A stretch of 64,000 bases of DNA from Acidimicrobiales bacterium (lineage in GTDB: Bacteria > Actinomycetota > Acidimicrobiia > Acidimicrobiales > SZUA-35): positions 529,610 through 593,609 of the forward strand of contig OZ244195.1 of NCBI GenBank assembly GCA_965216685.1. The letters are read 5' to 3'. Numbering within the stretch: the stretch's first letter is position 1; each line of letters starts with the position of its first letter. Below the pieces are notes generated by a model, which did no database searches, was not told the DNA's origin, and worked only from the letters and a program-made list of their open reading frames with translations. The position numbers were made by a program, and so were the translations under genes. Shown in pieces: positions 60,233 through 64,000 of this stretch.

Positions 60233-60458
60233 GTTGGATTCTCTTCTCTGGTCTCGGTTACGTCTGTGTTGATCGCACTCGCGCTGCGTCGCCGGCCGGC
60301 GACGGCGGGGATGACACTCGGAGTTCGGAACCGAAACCGGCGAACGGTCATCGGGCTGTCGAACGCGATCCAAGCAACATATGAGCTTATCGAGGCCTGA
60401 TTCGGGCTCCACGCCCGGACCCTGCAATTTCGGTGGCCGGCCCGCCCATAATGTCGGC

Positions 60459-60884
60459 ATGGCCAACTCCGGATCGACCAAACAGAGCACCATCTTCCAC
60501 CTCGACGGCAAGCGGTTCCTCGGTCGAACCCCCGACGGCCAGCAGCTGATGATCGACGGGGAGCAGTACGCCAAGACGGGGATGAATCCAATGGAGGTGC
60601 TACTCAATGCCTTGGGAGCCTGTTCGGCCTTCGATGTGGTGGAGATGATACGCAAACGTCGACTCGACCTGATCTCCTACTCGATCGAGCTGGAGGGCGA
60701 CCGGGCCGACGGTACTCCGGCCTACTACACCGAGATCCGAGCCGTCCATCACATCAACGCCCCGGGGCTGAAACAGGAGATGGCCGAACGGTTCGTCGAC
60801 CTGGCCACCAACAAATACTGCTCGGTGGCCTCCAGCCTCAACGCCAACATCACCTTCAGCGTCGTCCTCCACCACAATTCCTGA
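60459..60884 (+). CDS. OsmC-family peroxiredoxin-like protein
   Basis: [19 protein letters not shown]...[10 protein letters not shown] has the two conserved Cys of OsmC/Ohr. ATG 60459. Confidence 0.82.
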   Translation: MANSGSTKQSTIFHLDGKRFLGRTPDGQQLMIDGEQYAKTGMNPMEVLLNALGACSAFDVVEMIRKRRLDLISYSIELEGDRADGTPAYYTEIRAVHHINAPGLKQEMAERFVDLATNKYCSVASSLNANITFSVVLHHNS

Positions 60885-60887
60885 CCG

Positions 60888-60925
60888 GTGCGCCCGGGCG
60901 TTCACCGGTGAACGGTGGAGCGCAC
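60888..60925. terminator. Bipartite hairpin between convergent OsmC-like gene and ffh (copy C of GTGCGC/GCGCAC-stem family)
   Basis: gtgcgc-ccggg-cgttca-ccgg-tgaacg-gtgga-gcgcac: 6-bp outer stem, 5x5 internal loop, 6-bp inner stem and a tetraloop. Confidence 0.5.
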
Positions 60926-60951
60926 ACAAAGGAGGATCTACATCTAGAGGT

Positions 60952-62490
60952 CTAGAGGTCGAAACCCTCGAGTTCTTTGGCCATCTTCTCCAGCTCGGAT
61001 TCGTCGAGCAGGCCGGCCGGCACGTCGAGCCCGGGCAGCATCAACGGCGACTTGCCCGACTTGGTGCCCTTGGGCGTGGTCCGTCCACTGGAGCGGGTCT
61101 GATGGCGACCGCCGCCCTTGGGGGTGACCCGGCCACCGCCGCCCTTGCGGCCCTTGGCCCCCTTCTTCTTCTTCTTGCCCCGACGGTTGCTGCGTGACTT
61201 CTTGGTTCCCATGCCGCCGAAGCGCTTCATCATCTTGCGCATCTCGGAGAACTGGGTGACGAGCCCCGACACCTGGGTCGGATTGGTGCCTGAACCGGCA
61301 GCGATGCGGGCCCGGCGGGAGGCGTCGATCATCTCGGGCGATGTCCGCTCCTCCGGTGTCATCGACCGGATGATGGCCTCGATCTGGTTGACCTGACGGT
61401 CCTCGATTTCAACATCACGGATCTCTTTGGGCATACCCGGCATCAACCCGATCAGGTTGTTCAGCGGGCCCATCTTCTTGAGCTGCTGCATCTGGGCCAG
61501 GAAATCCTCGAGGGTGAACTGGCCCTCCAGCAGTTTGGCCGCCGCCTCCTCGGCCTCCTCCTGCTCGAAGGTCTGCTCGGCCTTCTCGATGAGAGTGAGC
61601 ATGTCGCCCATACCGAGAATGCGGCTGGCCATCCGGTCGGGGTGGAAGAGATCGAAATCCTCGATCTTTTCGCCGGTGGCGGCAAAGGCGATGGGCCGAC
61701 CGACCACCTCCTTGACCGACAAGGCGGCACCGCCCCGGGCATCGCCGTCGAGCTTGGTCAGGATGACGCCGTCGAGGGCCAGCTTCTCATGGAAGGCCTC
61801 GGCCACGTTGACGGCATCCTGGCCGGTCATGGCGTCGACCACCAGGAACGTGTAGTCGGGATCGACGGCGATTGAGATCTGCCGTACCTCCTCCATCAAC
61901 GCCTCATCGATGGCCAGACGGCCGGCGGTGTCGACGATGACCACGTCGCGGCCGGTGGCGCGGGCTTCCTCGACCGCTTTGGAGGCCACGGTGACGGGAT
62001 CCGACGGGTCGCTGTAGACAGGAACGTCGATCTGCCCACCCAGCGTGCGCAGCTGCTCGACGGCGGCCGGACGCTGCAGGTCGGCCCCCACCAGCAGCGG
62101 GTTGCGGCCCTGGCTCTTGAACCAGCGGGCCAACTTGGCCGAGCTGGTGGTCTTGCCCGAGCCCTGGAGGCCGGCCATCATGACCACCGTCGGTGGCTTG
62201 GAGGCGTAGACGATTTCGATCGTCTCGCCCCCCAGGCTGGCCGTCAGCTCCTCGTTGACGATCTTGATGACCTGCTGGGCCGGGTTGAGGGCCTTGTGGA
62301 CCTCCTCGCCCACCGCCCGTTCCTTGATGCGGTTCCGCAGGCTCTTGACCACCGTCAGGTTGACGTCGGCTTCGAGGAGGGCGACCCGGATTTCCCGGAG
62401 AACCTCGTCGACGTCGGACTCGGTCAGCACGCCCTTGTTACGGAGGCGACCGAAGATGCCTTCAAAAGTGTCGGTCAGTGATTCAAACAT
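60952..62490 (-). CDS. ffh: Signal recognition particle protein Ffh
   Basis: MFESLTDTFEGIFGRLRNKG..., GLQGSGKTT, DTAGR, TKLDGDARGG, the M domain and a K/R/G-rich tail. Confidence 0.96.
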   Translation of the reverse strand: MFESLTDTFEGIFGRLRNKGVLTESDVDEVLREIRVALLEADVNLTVVKSLRNRIKERAVGEEVHKALNPAQQVIKIVNEELTASLGGETIEIVYASKPPTVVMMAGLQGSGKTTSSAKLARWFKSQGRNPLLVGADLQRPAAVEQLRTLGGQIDVPVYSDPSDPVTVASKAVEEARATGRDVVIVDTAGRLAIDEALMEEVRQISIAVDPDYTFLVVDAMTGQDAVNVAEAFHEKLALDGVILTKLDGDARGGAALSVKEVVGRPIAFAATGEKIEDFDLFHPDRMASRILGMGDMLTLIEKAEQTFEQEEAEEAAAKLLEGQFTLEDFLAQMQQLKKMGPLNNLIGLMPGMPKEIRDVEIEDRQVNQIEAIIRSMTPEERTSPEMIDASRRARIAAGSGTNPTQVSGLVTQFSEMRKMMKRFGGMGTKKSRSNRRGKKKKKGAKGRKGGGGRVTPKGGGRHQTRSSGRTTPKGTKSGKSPLMLPGLDVPAGLLDESELEKMAKELEGFDL

Positions 62491-62532
62491 GGGAGTTCCA
62501 TCCTAGGTCCGCCCCCCGAGGATCGTGGTGCA

Positions 62533-62976
62533 TCAGCGCCCGCCGGCAGCCGCCTCCAGATCGACCAGGAACCCGTTGAACCCTTTGGTCAGCTGGGAGT
62601 CGAGCAGCGGTCCCATCAGGCGCCCGACGACACCCCACTTGGTGTCGTAGCGGTAGTCGATCTCGGTGGCCGAGCCGTCTCCCTGCTCGGTCAGCGTGAA
62701 GGTCACCTCACCCCGGCGGATAGGCAATTTGGTGGCCGAATCGATACTGACCACCATCTTGTTCTCCGGGTCCCAGGCCCGGATGGTCTCCTCCAGGGTT
62801 CCGGCGGGCGACAGATCGCAGTGCCGCTGGGCTCCCACCCCACCAATGGCGTCACTGGTGGCGTAGCTCTTGGCCACACCCGAGTTCCACTGGGCGATGT
62901 TGGGGAAGTCGGCCAGCACGGCCCATACCGCCGATCGAGGGGCCGGCATCGAACGTTGAACGGTGATCTGTCTCAT
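62533..62976 (-). CDS. SRPBCC (START/polyketide-cyclase-like) family protein
   Basis: MRQITVQRSMPAPRSAVWAVLADFPNIAQWNSGV... 147 aa. The upstream in-frame 69 codons are judged non-coding. Confidence 0.75.
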   Translation of the reverse strand: MRQITVQRSMPAPRSAVWAVLADFPNIAQWNSGVAKSYATSDAIGGVGAQRHCDLSPAGTLEETIRAWDPENKMVVSIDSATKLPIRRGEVTFTLTEQGDGSATEIDYRYDTKWGVVGRLMGPLLDSQLTKGFNGFLVDLEAAAGGR

Positions 62977-63233
62977 GTCGGATGGAACAGTGGTCGGCCG
63001 TGAATTCTTCCCGAGCGTCAACCATGCCGCAGTGAAGCTGGAAGGCCAGTGATGATCGGTCGCCGGTTCCCGGCGGCAGACGACGGTCACCGTGTCGCCA
63101 CCGGCTGCCGGTTCCCGCACCAGCGACTCGATACCGTCACCGATCGACAGGTTGGCGGCCTCGGCTTCCGGCAATGAGACCACGTGAAACTCACCTGGTC
63201 CATCATCGCCCTATCTATACTCGACCCTCGATC

Positions 63234-63746
63234 ATGGACTACAACGATGCTCAGAATCTGGCCCTTCTGCTCCTGCGGGTTTCGCTGGGACTGATGATGG
63301 TGGCCCACGGCTACGGCAAGGTGTTCAACGGAGGCAAGCTGGCCGGGACCGCGACCTGGTTCGACTCGATCGGCATGAAACCGGGTCGGCTTCACGCACC
63401 ACTGGCCGCGGCGTCCGAGATCGGGTCGGGTCTGTTGATGGCCGTCGGCCTACTCCACAGCTTCGCCGCTGCAGCCATGATCGGGGTGATGACGGTGGCC
63501 GGCTGGACGGTACACCGACACAACGGCTTCTTCATCCTCAACGAGGGTTGGGAGTACGTCTTCATCATCGCTGTGGCCGCCACCGCCCTGGCCGTGCTGG
63601 GGCCGGGCGAGTGGTCGATCGACGCCGCCACCGGTCTGGCCGACGACCTCGATGGCTGGACGGGCCTGATCCTGGCCCTGGGTGGGGTTGCCGTGGCGGT
63701 CGGCCAGCTGGCCGTGTTCTTCCGACCACCGTCGTCAGCCGATTGA
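63234..63746 (+). CDS. DoxX-family membrane protein
   Basis: LALLLLRVSLGLMMVAHGYGKVF... with 4 TM segments. ATG 63234. Confidence 0.82.
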   Translation: MDYNDAQNLALLLLRVSLGLMMVAHGYGKVFNGGKLAGTATWFDSIGMKPGRLHAPLAAASEIGSGLLMAVGLLHSFAAAAMIGVMTVAGWTVHRHNGFFILNEGWEYVFIIAVAATALAVLGPGEWSIDAATGLADDLDGWTGLILALGGVAVAVGQLAVFFRPPSSAD

Positions 63747-63750
63747 GCGT

Positions 63751-63798
63751 GTTCTGTGCGCTCCACGCCCCGGTTACGGGGCGCTGGGCGCACAGAAC
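63751..63798. terminator. 48-nt bipartite hairpin between convergent DoxX and ftsY (copy D of the TGTGCGC...GCGCACA family)
   Basis: gttctgtgcgc-tccac-gccccg-gtta-cggggc-gctgg-gcgcacagaac: 11-bp perfect outer stem, 5x5 internal loop, 6-bp inner stem and a tetraloop. Confidence 0.65.
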
Positions 63799-63801
63799 GG
63801 C

Positions 63802-64000
63802 CTATTCGAAGAGGGCGTCCACGAATTCGGTGGGCTCGAAGTCGACCAGGTCATCGACCCCCTCCCCCAAGCCCACCAGTTTGACCGGTAGACCGAACTC
63901 CGACTCGATGGCGAACACGACGCCGCCTTTGGCCGAGCCGTCCAACTTGGTCAGTACCACCCCGGTGACGTCCACCGCTTCGGTGAACACCTTGGCCTGG
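63802..64000 (-). CDS. ftsY: Signal recognition particle receptor FtsY (3' part only; 5' end beyond the window)
   Basis: ...VTGVVLTKLDGSAKGGVVFAIESEFGLPVKLVGLGEGVDDLVDFEPTEFVDALFE*. The frame is open to the window edge. Confidence 0.9.
   Translation of the reverse strand, partial: QAKVFTEAVDVTGVVLTKLDGSAKGGVVFAIESEFGLPVKLVGLGEGVDDLVDFEPTEFVDALFE

Noticed and set aside
60943-60960. Direct duplication tctagaggtctagaggtc at the ffh stop
   Set aside because: It is only a 9-nt duplication overlapping the last ffh codons and stop, with no further structure, so it is probably fortuitous.

Overview
High-GC (about two-thirds G+C by eye) actinobacterial-type chromosomal core segment. It holds about 60 protein genes, roughly 85% on the minus strand, many joined by 1-4 nt ATGA/GTGA/TGATG overlaps. 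Gene order is the conserved housekeeping backbone: recA / cinA-pgsA-rimO / ftsK / SURF1-wHTH-dapA-rnj / dapB-pnp-rpsO-ribF-truB-rbfA-DUF503-infB-ylxR-nusA-rimP / ispG-rseP-dxr-cdsA-frr-pyrH-[IS]-tsf-rpsB / M23-whiG-dprA-comM / yraN-DUF2469-rplS-[FAD/GcvT oxidase]-trmD-rimM-KH-rpsP / ffh ... ftsY (truncated by the window end). Redox and accessory genes are interspersed: an SQR-like flavoprotein, a cytochrome b-molybdopterin fusion, cytochrome c, OsmC, SRPBCC and DoxX. There is one apparently intact IS5-family insertion sequence (45415-46727) flanked by CTAG. I recognised no rRNA, tRNA or CRISPR array by eye. I did not find a convincing novel multi-gene protein system, because nearly every long ORF has a clear housekeeping assignment. 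The least-explained signals are mostly non-coding. (1) A perfect tandem 96-bp three-hairpin repeat lies directly 3' of recA. (2) A dispersed family of ~47-nt bipartite imperfect palindromes built on a TGTGCGC...GCGCACA outer stem sits just 3' of stop codons (34711, 53711, 63751, 60888, plus a half-copy at 22958). (3) Near-perfect in-frame tandem repeats occur in nusA and rpsB. (4) Long charged low-complexity appendages occur on PNPase, RbfA, RimP, FtsK and CdsA. (5) An 812-aa FAD/GcvT oxidase gene is translationally coupled into the trmD-rplS junction. Many track ORFs are 5' over-extensions or antisense artefacts typical of high-GC DNA. Starts given here were re-derived from conserved N-termini, SD motifs and stop/start overlaps, and remain predictions.
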